DNA of 64,000 nt, taken from positions 8,060,001 through 8,124,000 of the forward strand of contig JAQFVV010000006.1 of the NCBI GenBank assembly GCA_028023455.1, read 5' to 3'. This stretch comes from Epiperipatus broadwayi (Eukaryota; Animalia; Onychophora). Below, piece after piece: positions 25,468-35,868 of the stretch. Position 1 is the first letter of the stretch. Every line of letters begins with the position of its first letter. The position numbers and the translations under genes were made by a program. Under the pieces are notes generated by a model. That model was not told the origin of the DNA. It ran no database searches and was given only the letters and a program-made list of their open reading frames with translations.

Positions 25468-26024
25468 TACTTTTTGCTTAAATCAACTATGTCTCCACAA
25501 TGGATCTTATAATATTAGCAAGCACAAATCCTAACATACTAAATCGTTTTTATGAAAAATTGAAAGAATATATATTTTTCCTTCAGTTGCAATTGTTTCT
25601 TCCTGTCTATTCCATTATGAGAAATTATACATGTATCTAATTCTCTGATATAAGCAAATTAGCAGTCTCAATTTCAAATATCATCAGGTAAGAATTTTAC
25701 TAATGAATTTTAATTTATGTGTTACAAAAATTCCTAAATCCTCGAAGTTCCAGTGCTATCTAAACAATACATATTCTTTGTTTAAGAATAGTTCTACAAT
25801 GATTATATAAAATAATTCATGTCTGATGTTAAATCACATATTCTTTGGTTAATTGTTTTTACCATGATTATATAAGATAATCCATGTCTGATTTTACCTA
25901 ACACCATACATTCCTAAGCTATGACAATAAAATATCCATCTTCCTATCTTAGTGAATATCTGTTACAATAATGTTCTAATTTTCATTTTTTTTGCTGACT
26001 GTAGTATGATCTATGTTCCACTAA

Positions 26025-26270
26025 AATGTCCAAATACTATTATTTGTGGATCTAGAATGTCAATTAAAAATTTCTACTGATATTCGGTTGACCACTGATG
26101 ATATACCAAAAATAATTATTATTGTGTTAGTCAACAACGGAGATCCATCCTACCAATAGTGCAAACTTGCAAATGACATTAAAACACATTTGACCTACTA
26201 AGCAACTATTGCAAGTCACCTTTGACGAACTAGGCAGTGGTATCATTTACAAACCAAACATAAGCAATAT
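26025..26270 (+). pseudogene. Possible decayed APE endonuclease fragment of a LINE
   Basis: Motif-like peptides in shifting frames, in the expected order: TIICGS, LVNNGDPSY, DELGSG. Confidence 0.3.
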
Positions 26271-26568
26271 GCAATTAGTAAAGGTTTCTTTTGTTGTTGA
26301 TGATGAGTGAAAAAATAATTCCTCTCTTTTTCATAAGCTTCTGACTTTATTCTTGGGTGAATGAAGTAAAATGAAAAAAGGAAATTTGAAATGACTTTAT
26401 CTTTATGAATAAAGCATCATCCTTGAATTATTCTAATGTAAAGACTACCTACTAACTGTGACATCACTTACAAACATCTTAGTAATCCAATTCCTAATTT
26501 TAAATAAGATACTTCAAACACTTTGGTTACTATTTCTAAACAATTCTTTGTTCAAACACAGTTCTTAA

Positions 26569-27602
26569 TTCTTCCTGAAGATTTGTGATGATGGTATTTT
26601 AGTTGTATTTATATACTGGACTATTTCCACCACCTAGTATTAACTATTGACTGTCTTCAGAAGAATTTAATTTTGTTTAAATTTTCAAAATATATTCAGC
26701 TGTTAGTAATAACATGCAGATTAATATGCACAACATTTTGAGAGGTATTATGCTACTCTCTTCTTCAGGTGTTGCTGGCCTGACTTGTGACAGTACTAGC
26801 ATGAGAATCAAATCTGGACCCTTAGATTTTTGAATATTAAATTTTAAGGTAATGCTCTAACCAACTGAGCCATCCTGCCAAAGGCAACAATCAGTAAAAA
26901 TTTCATATACTTATCTATAAGATTCCTCCTAATTTCTCCACTTTTTCCTAAGAGCAAAGTTGATTAGTGGGTTCCATTCATTATATATAGTTACACTAGA
27001 TTGACTTATAGGGTTATTTACCATTATCATGTGAGCAGCTTCTTTGAATTTTTTTTTTGTATTTTTTCCTCTCTGTCCAATATTTTTGTATGTACCAATG
27101 AACATAAGTTCAACTGGGAAAGTACAAAAATATTGGATAAAAAGAAAAAAGTAGAAAAAAGAAAATTCAAAGAAACTGCTCAAATTACAATAGTGAATAA
27201 CCCATAAGTCAAGTGTAACTATGCATAATGAATGGAAATCACTAATCAACTTTGCCCTTAGGAAAAAAATGGAGAAATCGGGAGGAACCTCAAAAATAAA
27301 TATATAAAATTTCCACTGACTGTTGCCTTTCGCAGAATGGTTCAGTTGGTTAGAGTGTTATCTTAAAATTCAAGAATCTAATGGTCCAGGTTCGATTACC
27401 ATGCTAGTACTGTCCACTGGTCAGGCCAGTGACACCTAAAGAAGAGAGGGGAATAATACCTCTCAAAACATTGCACATATATTAATCTGTGTGCTATTAT
27501 TAGCAGTTAAATGTACTTTGAAAATTTAAATAAAGTTAAATTCTTCTAAATACATTCAATACTCAATACTAGATGATGGAAATAGTCCAAAAGATAAATA
27601 CA
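26569..27602. mobile_element. Second palindromic Penelope-like family B insertion (minus arm 26569-27090, plus arm 27091-27602)
   Basis: Same architecture as 5561-6702: GIY-YIG tail (CTNEHKFNWESTKILDKKKKVEKRKFKETA), tRNA-like module, hammerhead relics at 26729-26771 and 27433-27475, flanking ACAGTTCT repeats (26558-26565, 27603-27610). Confidence 0.8.
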
Positions 27603-29322
27603 ACAGTTCTGCTTAATATAAACTGTGAAATTTCATATATTTTTATCTATATGATCATCTATACCCTTTTTGATCTGATCAGTTTAGGAATAATAGAATA
27701 CTTATAACAAAAGCCATCATTTCAAAATTCTATTTCTAAAATAAGAAGTGGATCTGCTGTGCCATGTTATTAAAGCAAGCTACTGTTTAACTTATTTTGA
27801 TTGGAAGCTTTGACGAAAATGTATATTTTCCTTAAAATCTATTTTTTTCACCTAGTTTATCAGATGGTGATAGGTTATATCATATTTTCAAATTAAAAAT
27901 GTTTTTAATCACAACAGTGTACTGTAAGATGTAATTCAGAGGTTAAATGATGGATTCAAAAAAAAAAAATCCTGAATCAATTCTCAGCAGAAAGTTTTTT
28001 TTAAAAAAAAACAATTAGTTTCGTTAATACAATTGAACTGTAATGCTTAACCTGCAACTTGGCTGTCAAATATTACATAACTTGTTATCCAACCGCAACT
28101 TATTTTTGCCCTGTGCAGTAACAGCACATCAAGCTCAAGAGCTAAAGTTACTAGGATCAAATTTTATCCTGTTTTCCCCTAGTTTTTGAAAATCATGACA
28201 GATAACAATTCACTTATTAGTATTATTATTATTACTTAAAATATGGCTATTATGTAAATTAAATGTTTTATTTCCATCATTATCAATAAATGTTTGCTTA
28301 AATAACATCAAAACTGCAGTTAAAAGTCGACCACCCTTTACTTCTTTATATTATTCATATATCAGCATGATCATTCTCAACTGTTTGAATCTCTTTTAAT
28401 TTACACAGACATATATATAATTATTTCATCATAGTAATATAATCACTTCATTTCAATTAATTGTATATGCAGCTGTTATTCTGCCAAATTTATTGCATGG
28501 AAATGAAACATGGATTTTTGAATGAAGTAACACTTCTAGCCACAAAAATATAGTATAGCATGATTTCATTCATTCAAAAAATTGCTGAGAGTAAAATATA
28601 GAGGAGAATTACAATTAATTAGTCAAGACATTGAAATCTAAAAAAAAAAAGTTTGTTCCACAAGAATTTCAAAACAGCAGTATAAATGTCATATTAGAGT
28701 AAAGAACAAGCACATGACATATGTGACCATATTTGCATTTCACATACTGGTTTACATAGGTATAAGATAAAATTCATCTTTAACTGTCAGTCCTTCTTTA
28801 CTTCTCTACGTCTATAAATAAATTTGTGATTAGTTGTTTAGGAGAAGTGCACTTGAATATGCCTGAGCTTCCATCCAAGAATATTTAACTCACAAATACA
28901 TACTTTTACCAATGCACTAACCTATATAAAACTCTTTCTTTTATGAGTTAGAATGATGATGATAATAGGTTGCAAATTAGCAATGCTTACGTAGCTATTA
29001 AATGCGCAAACATTCTACATAACAGATTCAAATTTTACACACCAGATTGAGTCACCAAAACTGTACTGAAAATGTTAATCCATAAATAAAAAAAATTCCA
29101 ACAACTTTAGGTATTAATTAGAATTTGCAATTAAAAAGAAAAAAACAATTTTCATTGCTTATTATATAATTTAATACATTGAACAGGCTTACACACACCT
29201 GCACATATATAATGTAATATATAAGGGATTCGAACTCAGACTTTCACACGACTCTCAACTCTCCAAGCCTTCTCATATTGCTGACCCACCTGATCACACA
29301 CATGTTGAAAAGATAAATAATC

Positions 29323-29366
29323 ACCAATACACATATTTCATGCTAAACCAGCAATCATCAGTTGGT
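29323..29366 (-). ncRNA. Type I minimal hammerhead ribozyme, family A
   Basis: Reverse: ACCAA-CTGATGA-TTGCTGGTTTAGCAT-GAAA-TATGTGT-A-TTGGT; GUA triplet. Confidence 0.8.
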
Positions 29367-30060
29367 CCAGCATGTGGGTGATCAGATGGGTCAGCAATAT
29401 GAGATGGCTTGGAGAGTTGAGGGTTGTGTGAAAGTCTGAGTTCGAATTTAAGCTAATTGTTTTCAATATGAATTTAAAGTGACCAATTAATATTTGAAAA
29501 TATTTACTACTGATGATATTTGAATGAGCAAATATGGTATTTACACAAAATTCCACATGTGTGTCCAGTATCCAGCTCCGGAAAAAGATCTTTTTTATGT
29601 CAAATATAATTAATACATTATACAGGCTTAAATCTGCATTTATATATGTAATATATGTGGGATTCGAAATCAGACTCTCACACGCCCCACTCACTACTCT
29701 CAGTGCCATCTCATATTGCTGATCCACCTGAAATATAAATGCAGGTTTAAGCCTGTACAATGTATTAATTTATATAAATAGTGTATAATAGGTCTGCCCA
29801 TCCCTCGCATATGTACGTATAAATGGGTTATTCTCCTGTCCATGAGGGGTCAGAATTACTAATATGTCAACATGGGTAGGATGACAACCTTGGCACTAAC
29901 AAGGGCTTTGAACGTTCCATCATCAGATTTTCAATGAAATGGAAGGCTGAAGAGTTGTGAGATGAAATAGTTTGAAGCCTGTCTATTAAAGTATGAAGAT
30001 TGGCTATCTTAATATAAAACTGAGCACTGATTATATATGTGTGTGAGGATAGTAGTCTAG

Positions 30061-30104
30061 ACCAACTGATGATTGCTGTTTTAGCATGAAATACGTGTAT
30101 TGGT
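30061..30104 (+). ncRNA. Type I minimal hammerhead ribozyme, family A
   Basis: ACCAA-CTGATGA-TTGCTGTTTTAGCAT-GAAA-TACGTGT-A-TTGGT. Confidence 0.85.
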
Positions 30105-31192
30105 GATTATTTATCTTGTCGAGATGTGTGTGATCAGGTGGGTCAGCAATATGAGATGGCACTGAGAGTAGTGGGTCGTGTGAGAGTCTGAGTTCGAATC
30201 CCGTCAAATATAATTGTAAAATTTAATTTATAGTTTTGTTTTGATGTTTATTAATTTACAGTTTTATAGTAACACAATACAAACTATACAAATTTGTGTA
30301 ACCTATTAAAAAATAATTGCAGAACAACATAATCTTGGGTAATTTAGCAAAAAATATGACCAAGTAATGTTGTTGTAATTTGTTTACAATTTCTTAATGA
30401 AATATGCCACTTATCACCAGTAATAATGATTGATCTTTTCTTTTAAAAAGTACTCATTAGTTTACATAATTTTTTAGTAAATTATGCAAATTTATATTGT
30501 TCTTTAAGAAATTATTAACAAATTACTGCTTCATTATTATATAATTTTTTTATTATTATTAAATTATGAAAAATTGCTTTATTTGACAAGGTATTATTTT
30601 TTAGTAAATTACACAAGGTTAAAGCTTGTATTTTATTATAAAATTAAGCATTAAATTTTACAATTATGTTGATATTAATATGTATTGCTTTTTTAAAAAA
30701 TCACACAAGACATGTTTACATTAATTTGTATAAAATTTCTTCCAATACTTTCTCTGCTTTGAAAGTATTAACTTTATCGATTGGCTCTTCCTAATATGTA
30801 AGAATGGAATCGTATGTGGAATGTTTGTGCAAATCAGTAATGCTTATATATATATGATAAACTTCCTAAACACTAAACTACTTCAAACAAATGAACAAAG
30901 ATGTCAGAAAAAAGGCAATGATCTTTAAAATACATTTCTGCTGAACAAGCTTCATCAATTTGGTCAAGATCCTCTCAAATTCTTCCGCCATTGATTATAT
31001 TTTATTATAACTTAGTCTACAACTATATAATTCTTTCAAAACAATTAAGATTTATCACCCTTTAGATAAATATATCTATGCTATTAATATTGATTCATTA
31101 GGCTAGAGATTATTCTATTATTTGTTACTAGCGAGATATAGGCTTTAAAATCATCAAATCATCACGATCACTATTTCACATGCTTATACATG

Positions 31193-31662
31193 CTGTTAAT
31201 AAGAGTGTCAAACTCTCCATACAGTACTGCCACCAAGTACAAGCTTTTGTAATCAATGGATGCAGGAAGATTTATGCATAAAATCCCTATATAATGCCTA
31301 TTCAATCAACACCCCCAGATTAGTTTCTACCTTGTGCCTTTCGTCAGTGAGGAGTCTTGGACTTGAGAGCACTGCATCTAGATCTTAAGACCTAGCACAA
31401 CCCTCCACCTAGCTTTATAGTCAATCAAATAGGTGAGATATGGCTGCTGGAAGGTTGCAATCAGTCTTAAGATCTAGGTGCAGTGCTCACAAATCCAAGG
31501 CTCCTCCCTGATGAAAGCCACAAGCTAGAAATTAGTCTGGGATGTTGGATGAGTAGGCTCTAGATAGGGATTTTATACACAAATCTTCCTGCATCCATTG
31601 ATTACAAAGGCTTGCATGTGGGGGCACTACTGTATGAAGAGTTTGGTACTCTTATAGACAAC
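31193..31662. mobile_element. Palindromic family E element: ~200 bp inverted arms, each with a hammerhead motif
   Basis: Arms 31193-31391 and 31464-31662. Hammerheads at 31313-31352 (minus, CTGACGA...GAAA-CTAAT-C) and 31503-31542 (plus). Confidence 0.8.
31503..31542 (+). ncRNA. Type I minimal hammerhead ribozyme, lineage E/H
   Basis: CCTCC-CTGATGA-A-AGC-CACAA-GCT-A-GAAA-TTAGT-C-TGGGA; GUC triplet; family consensus stem III ACTAGT is palindromic (seen intact at 45362-45371). Confidence 0.75.
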
Positions 31663-31934
31663 TATCATAAAAGTCAATTAACCAGCATTACCGTCTAACA
31701 TCTACTGAATACTCAACCCTCTAGATACATGACAATTTTTTAAATCAGTAAATATGGCCTGACAGAAAGGGCTACAATTTGTTAGTGATTTGATCCACTA
31801 CCAATTTTTAAATTTGATTATATATATACATTTTTAAAAAAGGGAAGAAAAACGAATATCTGCTTATAATTAATTCATTGTTTCCTAAGTCTAATTAAAA
31901 CATGAACCAATTATTCTCAAGTTTCATCCATCCT

Positions 31935-32450
31935 GGATTAAAATCCAAATTGTTAGTACAACAGGTAGTTGTACTACACTACAACATGTAGTGGTATATT
32001 AAAGTGATATATCAATGAAGACTCCTGTGGTGTCTAGTAGCATACTTATTTATCATGTCTATAACTTCCATTCGAACCCAGACTGTGTAAAACTTGCTTC
32101 TCAAGACTCTAATCAGGTTTAAGATTTTTCTTTCAAGTAGTCAGCCAGTCTATGGCCAATCCAATTAATTGTCCAATGTTTGTCGCTAAAGAATCCAGAT
32201 TGTGAGTTTGACAGGCAGTTGTATTACGCTACAACATGTAATGGTGTATTATATTAAAGTGCTGTATTAATAAAGAATCTTGTGCTACAATAATAGCACA
32301 TTTATCTATCATGTTTATAACTTGTATTCGAACCCAGACGGTGTAAAACTTGGCAATTTTTTTTTCCAAGACTCTAATCAGGCTTAATATTTTTTTCATT
32401 CAAGTAACTGGCCTGCGGCAATCCAGTTAACTATCCATTTATCAGTAAAG
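31935..32450. repeat. Diverged tandem dimer, period ~256 bp
   Basis: TTCGAACCCAGAC at 32071 and 32327; the surrounding blocks align. Confidence 0.75.
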
Positions 32451-32499
32451 TGGTAGGTAGTTAATCTTAAGCTATAGGAATAAAAATCCACTCAAATTG

Positions 32500-34050
32500 G
32501 CAAGGTGAAAAACTAAGTCTTTTAGACTGTTTCCGTTCAAGGACGCCTTGCGTCGTTTGGCGGATTATTGGAGAGGGTTTAGTTAGACGCGATTTATATA
32601 TGCAAATGCTTTAATTAAGGAAGGAAGATAAAACCCTCACTGTATTACGTAATTATATATATAAAGTAAACAAATTGAAATGGCATAATATTTATAATTT
32701 TTGATATTTGCGGGTTTCACTTTTTTATTAAAATCTTTTCATTTATAGTAAAGGTTTTAATCAATACATGAAATATGTTCACATTTTTATTATTTAAATT
32801 TGGTTACTTTGCTTAATTAGGGTTATCGATTTTCTTTTCTTTTTTTTTTAAATAAAATAAAAGTAGTAATATATTTAATTAGTTAAAGAGGGAGTATCGA
32901 CAACTTCTCTACTCCCTCTTTATCTAATTAAATTTATTATCATTCTTTTTTATTGTCATTATTAGTCCCATCGTCAACTTGTCTGCCAGAGAGACTGGTA
33001 ATGTTTTTAATTGACGAGTTCACTGGCTTTGCAAGGATCCTGTCAGGAGAGATTGAGAGGTTTTGTAACACAAACATTACAATTGGACCAATAGAAACTA
33101 AGAAAAGGAAAAAAAGATTTCATCTCTTGCGGACTGGAATCTGGTGTTTCTAGTTCCCAGCTGTTACTTAAGATAACGGAAGCTTCTAAAAGTTGTACAA
33201 CATTTTTCTTTAAGACCTGAAAATTAGCATAACCACCATTAAAGAAAATGAGAAGATGAAAGAAAATAGATTAATATGGTGGGTTTTTTTCTTTCGCAAA
33301 GAGCTTTGAGATTTATTTATATATTATACGTGTGTCAAAACTGAGTCAATGATTCAATGAAGAATGCGGTCAGCCCGCTGGAATGAATGACGAGAGCTAC
33401 ATGGAAGGATGGTATACAATTACTATTCTAAACCCACAAAATACAGTTTTAGAAAGAATTTTCTTTATTGTTATTTATAGTAAGTAGCAAAAAAAAAAAT
33501 TCAATTTTATAACAAAATTTAATTACTGTATTTTATTTAAAGATTAGCTTCTAATCAGACTTTATTAATTAAGTAAATTAATTCTTTTTTAAAATTATTG
33601 TTACGTAATTTTTTTTTCTCTAAATTAATTGTCAAATATAGTTTTAATAAAAACCACAAATAAATAGATAATGAAATATTACTAAAAACGAATATTTATT
33701 TAGTTTTCGTTATCATAAAGTCAGAAAGAGGAGTGACGTTTGAGCACTAAAGCCGTAAAGATAAGTCCATTTAACTTATCACATCTTTTTTTTTTTTATT
33801 CGATGAAGTTAAGACTTAAAAACCAATCACACAAACTTTCTTACTTCTTTATCTTCATCTTTGTAATTAATTTTAGAATATCATGCAGTGTAAATTCGAC
33901 TGGATAAACAGATGGTCGGGCGAGAGTTAGTGCAATAATGGAAAGGCGAACACGAGCTAAAAGTTCGTAAATAGGCCATCATTTTCTCTGCTCACGTCAT
34001 ATAACGTCCTGAATAGTTAATCATGCCGATACTTGATTTAATAAACAATT
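32500..34050. promoter_or_regulatory. Repeat-poor, locally CpG-retaining region; possible promoter/enhancer or 5' UTR
   Basis: Clusters of CpG at ~32530-32600, 32970-33150, 33330-33400 and 33900-34010; TGAGTCA (AP-1-like) near 33341; no ORF of note. Confidence 0.3.
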
Positions 34051-35039
34051 TTTTTTTAAAAAAAAAATTCTCTCTTTCTTTATTCATTTACTTTATTTTT
34101 TAATCTGTTTTCATAGTGGAAGGGATACGCATGAACATTTTTTCACATTTAAATCAACGCTCACGGTAAATAGTCAATCTAATACACAAACTCTCGTCCC
34201 CCAGCATTTGATAAGCCTAGTGAATAATGTTTTCTATTTGTTACATTTCGATTTACAAGTGTCAAATTTATTTTACCCATAACTTTGACACCATCCATTT
34301 CAGATAAATACAGTGATGTTTATCACTAATCATTTTCTAAACTAGAGATTATCTCTAGCACAGATATAAACTTTAAAGCTCAGTTAAAGATTAATATATT
34401 TGGAGTTTTTTTAAAATTAAACACATGCATATTGTCTAGTGAAGAAGTGATATAAACATTACCATCAATCTAAATGTCTAATATTATTATTATTGTTGTT
34501 GTCATATGTAATTTAGTGCAGTGATAAAACAGCAGACCCAAGATTTAAACTTCAACTACATCATTTGTAATGGTGAAAGTTAAATTCCAGCATTCCAGTT
34601 CAATGAAATAGAATTTCTAAATTAAAACTAAAATGAATTCTTTACAATTTTGTTTAACAGAAGACCTAGAAAGAATAGAGCATTAAAAAATTATATTCAT
34701 TTACACTCATACCTTTTTATTTACATATTAACTTTCCTGACTTTGGTGACCACAAAATAACTTCCAGAAACAATTAGCTTTAATAAGTATTTAAAATAAT
34801 TCTTGTTTGTTAGTCATTCAGAATCTCTGGTGTGTAACTTGTTTATGTTTTCTAATAACAAAGTTAGCTTCTTAAATATTTCTTCAATAATAATATATTG
34901 ACACTACTTCATGATTTAATTTTATATATGCTTGTCATTTCAGTATAATAGCTTAGTCGTATTGTACATACTATACATTATTATATAGACACTATACAGT
35001 CCGATATCTATGAGTTAAAGATTTATTTTACATTTATTT

Positions 35040-35351
35040 GAGGGAAGAAATATGGCTTCGGGGTGGCCGTTGCACGTTCCATCATCAGACCTTCAATTGG
35101 ATGGATGGTTGAGGAGTTGGAATGTAAAGTGGACTGGAGCCTGTCTATTAAAGTATGAAGATTGGCTATCTTAATATATATATATGAGCACTTATCGCAT
35201 ATATGTGTAGAGATGATAGGCTGGACCAACTGATGATTGCTGTTTTAGCATGAAATATGTATATTAGTGATTATTTATCTTTTCGACATATATTTGTTCA
35301 AGTATATCAGTGTTATGAGATAGAGTGGAGAGTTGTGGATCGTGTGAAAGT
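35040..35351 (+). mobile_element. Family A repeat with hammerhead at 35225-35268, truncated just before its B box
   Basis: ACCAA-CTGATGA-TTGCTGTTTTAGCAT-GAAA-TATGTAT-A-TTAGT; homology stops at GTGAAAGT (35351). Confidence 0.85.
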
Positions 35352-35606
35352 AATGTTGAAAACATGAATGGTATTTATAAAATAGAATGTTTGGATTGTA
35401 AAAAAGAGAATAAAGATGTATCATATATTGGTACAACAAAGAACAAATTAGAGACAAGATTGAAACAGCATTTGAGAGATAGGAATTCTAATGTAAATAT
35501 ACATAGTAAGGAAATTGGACATACAGATTTTAAGATTAAAATGTTGGAGGGGGTTAGATTGTATAAAAGAAAGAATGGTAAAAGAAAGGAGTTTGCTATT
35601 AACTGA
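35352..35606 (+). pseudogene. Penelope-type GIY-YIG endonuclease domain fragment (open frame)
   Basis: NGIYKIECLDC...SYIGTTKNKLETRLKQH...IHSKEIGH...KEFAIN: GIY and YIG motifs, conserved Arg and Glu, CxxC...H..H zinc-binding pattern. Confidence 0.85.
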
Positions 35607-35657
35607 AAGAAGACCCTTTGATTCCTCTTGGAGGCCTTAAAGGAACCGAGCAGGGCA

Positions 35658-35739
35658 GATTGCTAATGTCCACTCCATACATTCTTGTCGTTGCAGCTGT
35701 TATTACTATATGTTTATTCATATAGTATACGAACATGGA
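35658..35739 (+). ncRNA. HDV/CPEB3-like self-cleaving ribozyme candidate in the RTE 5' UTR
   Basis: P1 GATTGCT/TGCAGCT (5 of 7 pairs, G.U at the cleavage site), P2 TCCAT/ATGGA, P3 ACA/CGT, L3 TTCTTGT, GT linker, P4 TACTATATG/CATATAGTA, J4/2 CGAA(C) with C35730. Confidence 0.6.
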
Positions 35740-35868
35740 TGGGCTGCTCACCAACATGCATTAGCCAGTGTGGTGAGTTTATTGGCTTTTTACCTCTGAG
35801 TTTAAGATCAAGAAACACCATGGTCTTTCTTCTCAGTGCCTGATAAGGCAGAATGAATGTTTGTGTAA

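Larger units (their letters stand above)
29171..30202. repeat. Rearranged cluster of family A pieces: minus 29171-29370, plus 29371-29449, minus 29612-29730, plus 29731-30202
   Basis: Direct alignment to other family A copies; the last piece is a nearly complete circularly permuted monomer. Confidence 0.85.

Noticed and set aside
29507-29535. CTGATGA followed by a TATTTG/CAAATA hairpin
   Set aside because: No GAAA or cleavage triplet downstream; single occurrence.
29905-29945. Antisense CTGATGA motif conserved in family A (also ~16590, 17070, 35060-35090, 56845), suggesting a second, opposite-polarity hammerhead as in viroid-like RNAs
   Set aside because: It is followed by GTTCAAAGCCC or CGAAGCC rather than GAAA, and no stem I partner is found; it looks more like a B-box-like remnant.
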